DNA of 32,000 bases from assembly GCF_000172995.2 (NCBI RefSeq), contig NC_014729.1:270001-302000 (forward strand), read 5' to 3'. How positions within the stretch are numbered: position 1 is the first letter of the stretch; every line of letters begins with the position of its first letter. Positions 1-9,493 of this stretch are shown one piece after another. The translations under genes were made by a program, and so were the position numbers. The notes beneath the pieces were generated by a model. The model worked only from the letters and a program-made list of their open reading frames with translations. It was not told the DNA's origin and made no database searches. The stretch comes from Halogeometricum borinquense DSM 11551. Its GTDB lineage: Archaea > Halobacteriota > Halobacteria > Halobacteriales > Haloferacaceae.

Positions 1-713
1 AGAGCGTCTTCATCTACGACGCCGCCGCGGGCGCAGTTGACGAGGTAGCCGCCGCCCATCAGTTCCAACTCCTCAGTCGAGATGAGATCTTCCGTCTCCG
101 GCGTCAGCGGCGTGTGGACCGTCAGGAAGTCCGCACGTTCGAGGCATGCCTCGAACTCGACGAGTTTCGCACCGAGACGTTCGGCGCGTTCCTCGCCGAT
201 GTACGGGTCGTACGCGACGAGGTCCATGCCGATGCCGTCGAGACGCTTTGCGACCTCTTGACCGACGCGGCCGAGACCGACGATACCCAGCGTCTTGGCG
301 TTCAGTTCGGTTCCGAGGTAGTCGCCCTTGGCCCACTCGCCCGTTTTGAGTCGCGCGTGCGCTTGCGGGATGGAGCGTGCGGAGGCGAACGCCATTGCCA
401 CGGTGTGTTCGGCGGCGGCGCGGACGTTCCCCTCGGGTGCGTTAGCGACGATGACGCCGTGGTCGGTGGCGGCGTCGATATCGATGTTGTCTACGCCGAT
501 GCCCGCGCGTCCGACGATGACGAGGTCGGATGCGGCCTCGAACACCGCGTCGGTCACTTCCGTTCCGGAGCGAACGACGAGTGCGTTCGCGTCCGCGACA
601 GCGTCCAACAGTGCGTCGCCCGTTACGTCGTAGGCAGTTTCGACTTCGTGACCCGCTTCACGAAGGCGTTCCAGACCCGCATCGTCGATGGGGTCCGTCA
701 CGAGTACCTTCAT
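1..713 (-). CDS. serA: D-3-phosphoglycerate dehydrogenase, N-terminal ~237 codons (3' end lies beyond the left window edge)
   Basis: Reverse-complement translation from the ATG at 713..711 reads MKVLVTDPIDDAGLERLREAGHEVETAYDV...VGRAGIGVDNIDIDAATDHGVIVANAPEGN...KTLGIVGLGRVGQEVAKRL (GxGxxG NAD fold)...FLTVHTPLTPETEDLI. The ORF is absent from the track because it has no stop inside the window. It is divergent from serB. Confidence 0.85.
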   Translation of the reverse strand, partial: MKVLVTDPIDDAGLERLREAGHEVETAYDVTGDALLDAVADANALVVRSGTEVTDAVFEAASDLVIVGRAGIGVDNIDIDAATDHGVIVANAPEGNVRAAAEHTVAMAFASARSIPQAHARLKTGEWAKGDYLGTELNAKTLGIVGLGRVGQEVAKRLDGIGMDLVAYDPYIGEERAERLGAKLVEFEACLERADFLTVHTPLTPETEDLISTEELELMGGGYLVNCARGGVVDEDA

Positions 714-880
714 GCGCGTAATCATCGTATGTCCGGGGTTAAGGGTTTCTTCCTCGGCGGTATTGGCTGTGCTAGTTGCTCGCTTCCGACATACGTCTAT
801 AAACCGATGACTCGGATTGATCCACACCGGAATGCTGACGGGATGGGTGGTTTCAAACCGTCCGCAGATAAGTAGCGAGT

Positions 881-1531
881 ATGCGACTCGTGGCCTTCGA
901 CTTCGACGGAACGCTCTCGGACTCGGAGATGACGGTCCTCCTCGGCCGCCAGATGGATGTGGCCGACGAGATGGCTGACATCACCGAACGTGCGATGAAC
1001 GACGAACTCTCCTACGCCGACAGTCTCCGCAAACGCGCCGCACTCCTCGATGGACTCGACGACGAGGCCGCATCCGAGGCGTACGGCCAAGTGACGCTTC
1101 GACCCGGTGCGGCGGATCTTATCGAACGACTCCGAGACGCAGGACACCACGTCGCCATCCTCACGGGTGGCTTCGAACGCGGCGTCGAACGCGCTTTAGA
1201 GAAAGACGGTGTGGAGGTGGATTCTATCGTCGCTAACCGACTTCCAGTCGAGGGCGGACGCCTCACTGGTGAGGTCGAAGGACCGCTCATCGAAGGGACG
1301 AAAGACGACGCGTTGGAATCTCTGGCGGACGAACTCGACGTGGACCTTGCACGGACAGTCGCCGTCGGCGACGGCGCGAACGACCTGCCGATGCTCGAAG
1401 TTGCCGGTCTTTCGGTCGGATTCCTCCCGAAACCTGCCGTCAGGCCGTCCTGTGACGCCGTCGTCGCGTCGATGTACCGCCTCGGAAAACTGTTCGAGGG
1501 ACACAGTATGCTGAAGAACTCGGACCAGTAA
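881..1531 (+). CDS. serB: phosphoserine phosphatase (HAD superfamily)
   Basis: 216-aa ORF with HAD motif I DFDGTL at the N-terminus and motif III GDGANDLPML. Divergently paired with serA. Confidence 0.8.
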   Translation: MRLVAFDFDGTLSDSEMTVLLGRQMDVADEMADITERAMNDELSYADSLRKRAALLDGLDDEAASEAYGQVTLRPGAADLIERLRDAGHHVAILTGGFERGVERALEKDGVEVDSIVANRLPVEGGRLTGEVEGPLIEGTKDDALESLADELDVDLARTVAVGDGANDLPMLEVAGLSVGFLPKPAVRPSCDAVVASMYRLGKLFEGHSMLKNSDQ

Positions 1532-1577
1532 CGTCACCACAGCCACATTTTTACTGCGGTCGGGAGACGACCGTGAT

Positions 1578-2282
1578 ATGACGACATCCGACCGTTCGTC
1601 GGCGACTGACTTTCGTGTCGCCCAGCAGTGGGATGATGGCTTAAGTTGGATCTCCGACCCCGACGAGATAGTACGACGGGCCAGTCACGCCGTCCGCGGT
1701 GATGACGACGGTGTGTGGTTGTTCGACCCAGTCGATGCACCCGGCATTGATGACGCCATCGCGGAACTCGGCCCGGTCGAGGGTGTGGCTGTTCTCTCGG
1801 CGTACCACGCACGCGACGCTGGCGCGTTCGCTACTCGCCACGACGTGCCGGTGTCGATTCCGCGGTGGCTTCCGCGCGTTGCGGAACGAGTTGATGCGGC
1901 TGTCGAACGGTTCAGCGGCGAACTCGGTGATTCAGGCTTTCGCGTCCGCCGATACGAGCCGATTCCGGGATGGTCTGAGGCCATCGCTTACCGCTCATCT
2001 GACGACATACTCTACACCCCGGAAGTGCTCGGCACTGCACCGCTGTACACCGTCGGTCAGGAACGACTCGGCCTGTATCTCCCCCAGCGTCTTTTCCCGC
2101 CGACGTCCTTCACTGAGTATGCGCCGGAGCGAATCCTCGTCGGTCACGGCGACGGTCTCTCTCGCGAAGCGACGGCCGCGCTCACGGATGCGGTGACGAA
2201 CGGGAGAAAACGGCTCCCGCGAGCGATTCTGAAGCACGGGCCGACACAGTTCCGGGCGGCAATCGCGTCGATGATCGACTGA
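1578..2282 (+). CDS. conserved hypothetical protein (acidic, haloarchaeal-type composition)
   Basis: 234-aa ORF with GC3-rich codon usage like its neighbours. I can name no catalytic motif. Function unknown. Confidence 0.6.
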   Translation: MTTSDRSSATDFRVAQQWDDGLSWISDPDEIVRRASHAVRGDDDGVWLFDPVDAPGIDDAIAELGPVEGVAVLSAYHARDAGAFATRHDVPVSIPRWLPRVAERVDAAVERFSGELGDSGFRVRRYEPIPGWSEAIAYRSSDDILYTPEVLGTAPLYTVGQERLGLYLPQRLFPPTSFTEYAPERILVGHGDGLSREATAALTDAVTNGRKRLPRAILKHGPTQFRAAIASMID

Positions 2283-2310
2283 CCCGGTTTCGGCTCACAA
2301 CGACGCGCCG

Positions 2311-2820
2311 TCACTCGGGAAAGTGGAAGTCGGATTTCCGCGTCCGATGGTCGTTTGCGTCCGAGAGCGTAGAGATCTCACTCGGACTCCGGTGGCGGAC
2401 GATGACCACGTCGTAGGCTTCGTCTGCGGCCACTTTGCTCCCGACGCTGGTTATCGTCGTGACGATGTGCCCGGCGTTTTCGCTCCCGATAAACACCATC
2501 GATGCCTGTTCCCGTTCCGCCGTCTTTCGTAGGCAGTTTGCTATCGTTCCGGGCGTCGCGTACCGGTCAACAACTTCGTGTCGGAAGTCGGAACTCGGAC
2601 AGCATTCAGTCACTTGCTCGTGCAGTTTCGACACCACGGTCTCCCGGTCGAACGGCTCGTCGGTTTCGATCCATCCGCGCTCTCGGGCGTACTCGGCGTT
2701 TCGGTCCGGAATGACGCTCACCGCCAACACGTTTTGGTCGAAGACGCGCCCGAACTCTGTCGCACGGACGAGCGCCGCCGCAGCAAGCACGGACCCGTCG
2801 AACGGGACGAGCAGTGTCAT
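2311..2820 (-). CDS. universal stress protein (UspA family)
   Basis: 169 aa. MTLLVPFDGSVLAAAAL N-terminus and a C-terminal MVFIGSENAGHIVTTITSVGSKVAADEAYDVVIV segment, typical of the Usp ATP-binding fold. Confidence 0.75.
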   Translation of the reverse strand: MTLLVPFDGSVLAAAALVRATEFGRVFDQNVLAVSVIPDRNAEYARERGWIETDEPFDRETVVSKLHEQVTECCPSSDFRHEVVDRYATPGTIANCLRKTAEREQASMVFIGSENAGHIVTTITSVGSKVAADEAYDVVIVRHRSPSEISTLSDANDHRTRKSDFHFPE

Positions 2821-2914
2821 ATCTAGACGTTCTTCGAGGACAGCAAAAGAGCCACCTCGTCGTTCCCAGCGCGAGAGAAGAGAGCAGTAAAGAGGCGCAG
2901 TGAACGGCGTCTCG

Positions 2915-4342
2915 TTACCGATTCAGCGTGTGAATCGCCTGCCCTTGCGCGTTTTCGGCCGCCTCCATGACGGCTTCAGCGAGGGTCGGATGGGTGTGGA
3001 TGGTCCCCGCCACGTCTTCGAGCGTTGCGCCCATCTCGATGGCGAGTGCGAGTTCGGCAACGAGTTCGGACGCTTCGGGTCCGACGATCTGCGCGCCGAG
3101 GATGAATCCACTGTCCTCGTCGGCGACGATGCGAACGAAGCCGTCGGTGTGGCCCGTCGTCAACGCGCGTCCGGAGGCGTTGAACGGCATCTTCCCGACG
3201 ACGGGAGTGAATCCGGCTTCCTCGGCTTCCGCCTGCGTCATACCGACAGTCCCGATTTCGGGTTCGGTGAACACGGCCGCAGGGACGGCTTGCGCGTCGT
3301 AGGCGACGGGTTCGTCCGCGATGTGTTCGGCGGCGACGATGCCCTCTTTCGATCCGACGTGTGCCAGCATCGGCGAGTCGGCCACTACGTCGCCGATGGC
3401 GTAGATGTGCTCGACGTCGGTTCGCATCCGGTCGTCGGTCTCCAAGAAGCCGTTCTCGTTCGGCTCCAGTCCGGCGTTCTCGATGTCGAGCGTGTCGGTG
3501 ACGGGTGAGCGACCGACCGCGACGAGAACCTTGTCGGCGCGGTACGTCGATATCTCGCCGTCTTCGGTCTCCGTCTCGACGACGACGTCCTCGCCGTCGG
3601 GCGACCAACCGCTTGCTCCCTCGCCGAAGTGGAACTTGACGCCGAGACTCTCAGCGTGCTTGCGAACGACGCGCGCCACGTCGTCCTCGTAGCCGGGGAG
3701 TACGTCGTCCAGCATCTCGACGACTGTGACGTTCGCGCCGAGTTTGGCGAACGTCGTGGACAGTTCCATGCCGATGTAGCCCGCGCCGACGACGACGAGG
3801 TCGTCTGGCACCGAGTCGGCGGCGAGCGCGTCGCGCGACGACCAGACAGCGTCGTCTGCGAACTCGAATCCGGGAACCTGGATGGGACGAGAGCCGGTTG
3901 CGATGATGCAGTGTTCGAATTCGACGGTTTCGGACCCTTGTCCCTCACCACCGTGTTCGATGCGCACCGCGCCGTCGTCTTTGAACCGCGCCGTCCCCTC
4001 GATGAGGTTCACGCCGTTTGCTTTACACAGTTTCTCGACGCCGCCTGTGAGTTGGTCAACGACGCCGTCCTTCCAGTTGCGCAGTTGGGACATATCCACC
4101 GCCGGGTTGGCGTGGATACCCATCTCTTCGGCATGGCCTGCCTCGTGGGCCAACGACGACGCCGTGATGAACGCCTTCGACGGGATACAGCCGTGATTCA
4201 GGCAGGTGCCACCGTAGGCGTCTTTTTCGACCAGCGTCGTGTCGAGTCCGTTCTGTGCGGCGCGGATGGCGGCAACGTAACCGCCCGGTCCCGCGCCGAT
4301 GACCAGTACTTCCGTTCCAGTTGAAATGTCTCCGACGACCAT
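2915..4342 (-). CDS. lpdA: dihydrolipoyl dehydrogenase (E3)
   Basis: 475 aa. FAD motif GAGPGGY, redox-active disulfide GGTCLNHGCIPSK, NAD motif VVVGAGYIGMEL, C-terminal HTHPTLAE. Its start is 1 nt downstream of the E2 stop. Confidence 0.95.
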   Translation of the reverse strand: MVVGDISTGTEVLVIGAGPGGYVAAIRAAQNGLDTTLVEKDAYGGTCLNHGCIPSKAFITASSLAHEAGHAEEMGIHANPAVDMSQLRNWKDGVVDQLTGGVEKLCKANGVNLIEGTARFKDDGAVRIEHGGEGQGSETVEFEHCIIATGSRPIQVPGFEFADDAVWSSRDALAADSVPDDLVVVGAGYIGMELSTTFAKLGANVTVVEMLDDVLPGYEDDVARVVRKHAESLGVKFHFGEGASGWSPDGEDVVVETETEDGEISTYRADKVLVAVGRSPVTDTLDIENAGLEPNENGFLETDDRMRTDVEHIYAIGDVVADSPMLAHVGSKEGIVAAEHIADEPVAYDAQAVPAAVFTEPEIGTVGMTQAEAEEAGFTPVVGKMPFNASGRALTTGHTDGFVRIVADEDSGFILGAQIVGPEASELVAELALAIEMGATLEDVAGTIHTHPTLAEAVMEAAENAQGQAIHTLNR

Positions 4343-4343
4343 G

Positions 4344-5873
4344 CTATTCGAGTAAGAGGAGTTTGGGGTTCATGAGGTACTCCTTGACCTTGTTGGTGAA
4401 TCGAGCGCCGACTGCGCCGTCTACGATGCGGTGATCGAACGACAGCGACAGAGTGAGAACTTTCCGCGGGACGATGTCGCCGTCAACCACGCGCGGTTTC
4501 TCCTTGATCGCACCGAGTGCGAGGATGGCTACCTCGGGGTAGTTGATGATGGGCGTGGCGTACTCGCCGCCGATGCCGCCGATGTTGGTGATGGTGAAAG
4601 TGCCGCCCTGCATTTCCTCGGGCGCGATTTTGCGCTCGCGGGCCTTCTCGACCTTTTCGTTCATGTCACGCGAGAGGTCCAAGAGACCCTTGCCGTCCGC
4701 ATCGTCGACGACCGGAACCATCAGACCAACGTCCGTCGCGGTGGCGACGCCGATGTTGTACTCGTCGCGGAGGACGATTTCCTCGTTCTCCTCGTCGAGT
4801 TGGGAGTTCATGAACGGGAACTCCTTGAGGGCCGCGATGACGGCCTTCATCACGAACGGCATGTAGGTGAGTCGCGTGTCCTGTTCCTCGGCGAGGGGTT
4901 TCAGTTCCTCGCGGAGTTCGACCAGTTCGGTCACGTCAACCTCGTCGTGGTGAGTGACGTGCGGCGCGGTGTACTTCGAGCGCTCCATCTGGTCGCCGAT
5001 GGCGCGACGGACGCCGCGGTAGGGGACGCGTTCGCCCGCAACGGGTCCGGTTTCGGCCGCTTCCGCGGCTTCGGCTTCGCCAGCACCTTCTTCTTCGGCG
5101 AGTGCCTGCGCGTCGGCCGCTTGGGCGGCCTGTTGCGCTTCTGCGTACTCGTGGACGGCCTCGGCGGAGACGAACGCCTGCCCGTCTCGCTGCTCGCTCG
5201 CCGGCACGTTGTTGATGTCTACGCCTTTTTCCTCGGCGACTCGTCGCGTCGCGGGGGCGGCCAGCGTCTTCTCGCGGCCGGCGGCTTCGACCGACGCCGC
5301 GCCCGTGGTGACCTCGCCGTTTCCGACATCTCCGGACTTCGAGACGGCGTCGTCGCCGGAGAACGAAACTTCTCGCGGGCCGTCGTCGGACGCCGCGGAC
5401 TCGTCGTCGGACTCTGCAGCCTCGCGGACGTCGGATTCGGTTACTCGGCCACTCGGGCCAGTGCCCGAGACGGATGCGATGTCAACACCGAGTTCGCGCG
5501 CGAGTTGTCGGACGCTCGGCGACGCGAACACGCGTCCCGAGGATGTCTCGGTTTCACCCGTTTCGGCCGCTTCTTCGGACACCTCGTCCGTTTCGGGTTC
5601 TGCTTCGGCCGCAACTTCCTCGTCGCCCTCACCCTCGACCTCGAAGGTGATGATGACGTCGCCGACGGGGACCATTTCGCCCTCCTCGGCGAGGAGTTCT
5701 TTCACCGTGCCGTTGTACGGTGACGGAACGTCCACGAGCGCTTTGTCGGTCTCGACCTCTGCGACGACTTGATCTTCCTCGACTGTATCGCCAGGCGTGA
5801 CATGCCACGTGACGAGTTCGCCCTCGGCGACGCCCTCGCCAACGTCGGGTAGTTTGAATTCCTCGATAGCCAT
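4344..5873 (-). CDS. pdhC: dihydrolipoamide acyltransferase (E2) of a 2-oxoacid dehydrogenase complex
   Basis: 509 aa. Lipoyl domain with VETDKALVDVPSP, acidic Ala/Glu linkers, subunit-binding domain ASPSVRQLARELGVDIASVSGTGPSGRV, catalytic SFDHRIVDGA. Confidence 0.93.
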   Translation of the reverse strand: MAIEEFKLPDVGEGVAEGELVTWHVTPGDTVEEDQVVAEVETDKALVDVPSPYNGTVKELLAEEGEMVPVGDVIITFEVEGEGDEEVAAEAEPETDEVSEEAAETGETETSSGRVFASPSVRQLARELGVDIASVSGTGPSGRVTESDVREAAESDDESAASDDGPREVSFSGDDAVSKSGDVGNGEVTTGAASVEAAGREKTLAAPATRRVAEEKGVDINNVPASEQRDGQAFVSAEAVHEYAEAQQAAQAADAQALAEEEGAGEAEAAEAAETGPVAGERVPYRGVRRAIGDQMERSKYTAPHVTHHDEVDVTELVELREELKPLAEEQDTRLTYMPFVMKAVIAALKEFPFMNSQLDEENEEIVLRDEYNIGVATATDVGLMVPVVDDADGKGLLDLSRDMNEKVEKARERKIAPEEMQGGTFTITNIGGIGGEYATPIINYPEVAILALGAIKEKPRVVDGDIVPRKVLTLSLSFDHRIVDGAVGARFTNKVKEYLMNPKLLLLE

Positions 5874-5876
5874 CGT

Positions 5877-6872
5877 TCAGAACTCCACCGCGTTTCGGAT
5901 ACCTTCTTCGACCCGTGCAACCGACGGGAGGTAGTAGTCCTCCAGCGCGTACAGGGGGTACGGTACGTCGTAGCCGGCGATTCGCTCGACGGGGGCTTCC
6001 TGATGAAGGAGCGCCTCCTCCTGAATCGTCGTCGTAATCTCCGCGCCGAGACCGCCCGTCTTCGGCGCTTCGTGAACGACTGCTGCGCGGCCAGTCTTCT
6101 TGAACGACTCCACGATGGTCTCTTTGTCCATCGGGGAGACGGTACGGAGATCGACGACCTCCGCGTCGATGCCCTCCTCTTCGAGGTTCTCGGCCGCTTC
6201 GATCGTCGGCCGCGTCATCGCACCGTAGGTGTAGACGGAGATGTCCGCTCCTTCGCGGCGGACGGCCGCTTCCCCGATTGGTACCTCGTAGTCGTCCTCG
6301 GGAACGTCACCGCGGAACGCGCGGTAGATGAGTTTCGGTTCGAGGAAGATGACCGGGTCCGGGTCGCGGATGGCCGAGATGAGAAGCCCCTTCGTGTCGT
6401 GTGGTGTCGAGGGGATAACCACCTTCAGACCGGCCTCGTGCGCGTAAAACGCTTCCTTGGACTCGGAGTGGTGTTCAGGTGCGCGGATGCCGCCGCCATA
6501 GGGTGCGCGGACGACGAGCGGGCAGGTGTAGCGGCCACGGCTGCGGGTTCGGAGGCGCGCTGCGTGGCTCACAATCTGGTCGAACGCGGGGTACATGAAG
6601 CCGGAGAACTGCATCTCTGCAACCGGCCGCATGCCCATCGCGGCCATCCCGATTGCCGTCCCGGCGATGCCGGACTCTGCAAGCGGGGTGTCGATAACTC
6701 GGTCGTCACCGAACTCTTCCCACAGGCCTTCTGTTGCGCGGAAGACGCCGCCGTTCTTTCCGACGTCCTCGCCCATGACGACCACTCGGTCGTCCGCCTG
6801 CATCTCGGTGTAAAGACCGTCCCGTACCGCCTGTACCAACGTGAGATTCTGCGTCTGTTGACTCTGACTCAT
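5877..6872 (-). CDS. pdhB: 2-oxoacid dehydrogenase E1 component, beta subunit
   Basis: 331 aa with a transketolase-like pyrimidine-binding and C-terminal domain pattern (VVVMGEDVGKNGGVFRATEGL..., PLVVRAPYGGG). 3-nt gaps to both neighbouring genes. Confidence 0.93.
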   Translation of the reverse strand: MSQSQQTQNLTLVQAVRDGLYTEMQADDRVVVMGEDVGKNGGVFRATEGLWEEFGDDRVIDTPLAESGIAGTAIGMAAMGMRPVAEMQFSGFMYPAFDQIVSHAARLRTRSRGRYTCPLVVRAPYGGGIRAPEHHSESKEAFYAHEAGLKVVIPSTPHDTKGLLISAIRDPDPVIFLEPKLIYRAFRGDVPEDDYEVPIGEAAVRREGADISVYTYGAMTRPTIEAAENLEEEGIDAEVVDLRTVSPMDKETIVESFKKTGRAAVVHEAPKTGGLGAEITTTIQEEALLHQEAPVERIAGYDVPYPLYALEDYYLPSVARVEEGIRNAVEF

Positions 6873-6875
6873 TGT

Positions 6876-7979
6876 TTACTCTCGGAGGAATCCTTCGTCG
6901 CCGTGCTCCTCGTACAGTTCCGCGAACGCTTCGGCCTGTGCTTGGACCTCGGGCGTCATTTCTGCAAAGACGTTCGTGAACATTTCGTTCGGTTCGGGTC
7001 GCGGTTCGGCCTCCGCCGCCTTGATTGCTTCTGCGACCTCGTCTTCGACTTCCGACTGGATGGCGTCTACCTTCTCGTCGTCGAGACGGCCCGTATCCCG
7101 GAGGAACGTCTCCAAGCGCGGGATCGGGTCCTTCTGTTTCCACTGTTCGACCTCGTCGGAGTCGCGGTAGACTGTCGGGTCGTCTGCGGTCGTGTGCGCA
7201 CCGAATCGGTACTGCACCGCCTCGATGAGCGTCGGCCGCCGTTCGTCCTCTGCGGGGTCCTTCGCCTTCTTGACGGCCGCGCGCGTGGCGGCGTACACCG
7301 CGAGTGGGTCCATTCCGTCCACTTGGACGCCCTCGAAGCCGTAGGCTTTGGCCTTCTGTGCGATGGTCGCAGACGCGGTCTGCCGCTCGCGCGGCACCGA
7401 AATTGCCCACTGGTTGTTGTTACAGAAGAAGATGTTCGGCGTGTTGAACACGCCCGCGAAGTTCAGCCCCTCGTGGAAGTCCCCCTCGGAAGTCCCGCCA
7501 TCACCGAAGTAACAGAGGACGGCCGAGTCTTCGCCCTGTAATTTCTTCGCCCACGCCGCGCCGGTCGCGTGCGGAATCTGCGTCGAAATGGGAACGGCGA
7601 CCGGGAAGATGTTCGCGTCCTCCGGAATACGGTTGCCCTTCTCGTGTCCCATCCAGTACAGAAGCGTCCGCTTCAACGGGAGGCCGCGGTGGAGTGCCGC
7701 CCCGTGTTCGCGGTAACTCGGGAACATCCAGTCTTCTTCGTCCAGTGCGAACGCACTCCCGATCTGTGCGCCTTCCTGTCCTGACAGCGGCGGGTACGTG
7801 CCCATTCGACCCTGCCGTTGGAGACTGACGGCCCGTGTATCGAAGTGGCGGGCCATCCACATTTCGCGGTACATTCTCACCAGCTCGTCGTCGCTCAGGT
7901 CGGGGACCTCGCCGACTGGTTCTCCGTCCTCGTCAAGGACGCGAAGCATGTCCTGCGGGTCTCGCTGCAGTACGCTCAT
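6876..7979 (-). CDS. pdhA: 2-oxoacid dehydrogenase E1 component, alpha subunit (TPP-binding)
   Basis: The track ORF (6876..8225) is trimmed to the ATG at 7979 (MSVLQRDPQDMLRVLDEDGEPVG...). TPP motif GDGGTSEGDFHEGLNFAGVFNTPNIFFCNNN. The 82 upstream codons lie in low-GC promoter-like DNA. Confidence 0.9.
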   Translation of the reverse strand: MSVLQRDPQDMLRVLDEDGEPVGEVPDLSDDELVRMYREMWMARHFDTRAVSLQRQGRMGTYPPLSGQEGAQIGSAFALDEEDWMFPSYREHGAALHRGLPLKRTLLYWMGHEKGNRIPEDANIFPVAVPISTQIPHATGAAWAKKLQGEDSAVLCYFGDGGTSEGDFHEGLNFAGVFNTPNIFFCNNNQWAISVPRERQTASATIAQKAKAYGFEGVQVDGMDPLAVYAATRAAVKKAKDPAEDERRPTLIEAVQYRFGAHTTADDPTVYRDSDEVEQWKQKDPIPRLETFLRDTGRLDDEKVDAIQSEVEDEVAEAIKAAEAEPRPEPNEMFTNVFAEMTPEVQAQAEAFAELYEEHGDEGFLRE

Positions 7980-8190
7980 GGGTGAACCCACCTGCTCATG
8001 TACCCGAAGTCTCCCGCCCCGCGTATAGTATTTTCGTAAATAGTTTACTATGGCAAGAAATACTGCCAACCGTCCGAAAAGCGTCCATCCTCCCCGGGAA
8101 GAATTCAAATCCCTCAATTTCTCCGGCATGGGGGCGGACGTTTCTCCCCCGATACTCGGGAGATCCGCACGATAATGGACGAATGTGTAG

Positions 8191-8235
8191 AATTCTGCCG
8201 CAGTCGTCGCTGTAGGCGTCCGCACCGGCAGAATT
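8191..8235 (-). terminator. 10-bp perfect inverted repeat (aattctgccg / cggcagaatt) with a 25-nt loop, just downstream of the lipA stop
   Basis: Arms at 8191-8200 and 8226-8235, read directly from the sequence. The structure begins 13 nt after the lipA stop on the transcribed strand. No adjacent oligo-T run, so terminator function is uncertain. Confidence 0.3.
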
Positions 8236-8247
8236 GTTTCTTCAGTA

Positions 8248-9183
8248 TCAGCTACCGGCCGCAGTTCGTGCTTCCCGGCGCGCCTGTTCGACGGACTTGC
8301 CGTCGCGGACGATGGCGTCTACGAACAGCTCTCCCGCTTTGTACGACGACCGAACCATCGGGCCGGAGGCGCAGTAGAGGAATCCTAACTCGTCCTCGGC
8401 CACTTGTCGCCACGTCTCGAACGCGTCGGGATGGACGTACTCGAACACGTCGAGATGCGTCCGCGACGGTTGCAGGTACTGTCCCAGCGTCACTACGTCC
8501 ACATCGGCCTCGCGGAGATCAGACAGCGTCTGGTAGATCTCGTGGTCGTACTCGCCGAGACCGAGCATGATGCTCGTCTTGGTGTAGATGTCCGACTCGC
8601 GTTTGACCTGTTCGAGAACCGACAGCGATTGCTCGTAGTTCGCGCGTCGATCGCGGACCGGCCACTGGAGACGTTCGACCGTCTCGATGTTGTGCGCGAT
8701 GACATCCGGTTTCGCGTCGATTATCTTCCGGACCGCTTCCTCGTCGCCCTGGAAGTCGGGGATGAGTACTTCGACGAGAATGCTCGGGTCGCGCTGTTTG
8801 ATCTCGCGGATGGTCTGTGCGAAGTGTGATGCGCCTTGATCCGGCAGATCGTCGCGGTCAACGGATGTGAGGACGACGTAGTCCAGTCCGATTTCGGCCA
8901 CTGCCGCGGCGACGTTCGCTGGTTCGTCGGGATCCAACGGCTCCATCCCACCGGTCTGCACGTCGCAGAAGTTGCACCCGCGCGAACACCGGTCGCCCAT
9001 CAGCATGAACGTCGCTGTGCCGGGACCGTCGCGTCCGCTCCAACACTCGCCCATGTTCGGGCAGTTCGCTTCCTCGCAGACGGTGTGTAAGTCGCGGTCT
9101 CGGAGCGTCTGCTTGATGTCAGTGAAACGTCGCCCCGACGGCGGACGCATCTTCAACCAGTCGGGCTTCCGCCTGCCGCTCAT
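8248..9183 (-). CDS. lipA: lipoyl synthase (radical SAM)
   Basis: 311 aa. N-terminal cluster CEEANCPNMGEC and radical-SAM CSRGCNFC motif. Lies directly upstream of its lipoyl-protein client operon. Confidence 0.95.
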   Translation of the reverse strand: MSGRRKPDWLKMRPPSGRRFTDIKQTLRDRDLHTVCEEANCPNMGECWSGRDGPGTATFMLMGDRCSRGCNFCDVQTGGMEPLDPDEPANVAAAVAEIGLDYVVLTSVDRDDLPDQGASHFAQTIREIKQRDPSILVEVLIPDFQGDEEAVRKIIDAKPDVIAHNIETVERLQWPVRDRRANYEQSLSVLEQVKRESDIYTKTSIMLGLGEYDHEIYQTLSDLREADVDVVTLGQYLQPSRTHLDVFEYVHPDAFETWRQVAEDELGFLYCASGPMVRSSYKAGELFVDAIVRDGKSVEQARREARTAAGS

Positions 9184-9460
9184 ATCTCACCGTTCGGCGG
9201 GGAGGTAAAAAACGTGAGGATTATTTTGAGTAGTATGTCGATTAGCTGGCCAAAGCAACGGTATCTGGGAACCTGTTTCAGCGGTTTCGAACGATATCCT
9301 CGGAGAGGTTCACTGTAGATCCGGCTATTGTCTCCACTCCAGAAGCGTTGTCTTCGAAAAGTCACGAGATTCAGTTAGGTGATCGGATTCTGGCAGGGGC
9401 ACCACGAAGCTCGTCATCCTTCACTCACTTCGGTACACTGTCGTAGCCACGAAACGAACA

Positions 9461-9468
9461 ATTATATT
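9461..9468 (+). promoter_or_regulatory. TATA-box-like element (attatatt) upstream of the DUF4157 gene
   Basis: It lies about 27 nt upstream of the ATG at 9494, the spacing expected for a leaderless haloarchaeal transcript. Confidence 0.4.
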
Positions 9469-9493
9469 GGGTGTATGTCATTTTTGGATAGGA

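Noticed and set aside
114-875. 253-aa plus-strand ORF and other ORFs at 73-721
   Set aside because: They overlap the partial serA gene, which reads convincingly on the minus strand (GxGxxG and 2-hydroxyacid dehydrogenase pattern). The listed ORFs are shadow frames.
4431-5723. 430-aa plus-strand ORF
   Set aside because: It is entirely antisense to the well-supported E2 gene. Its Arg/Gly/Val-rich low-complexity translation is the typical shadow ORF of high-GC coding DNA.
6003-7541. 512-aa plus-strand ORF
   Set aside because: Antisense to the E1beta/E1alpha genes. It has an Arg/Leu/Val-rich composition and no recognisable motifs, so it is a high-GC artefact.
7980-8225. 82-codon N-terminal extension of the E1alpha ORF
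   Set aside because: The extension runs through low-GC, TATA-containing promoter-like DNA and has non-acidic, atypical composition. The homologous E1alpha sequence begins at MSVLQRDP (ATG at 7979).
9240-9320. Possible tRNA fragment or att site (ttagctggccaaagca..., ggtttcgaacg)
   Set aside because: I could not fold a T-arm or acceptor stem on either strand. The flanks of the ttcgaa-like loop are not complementary.
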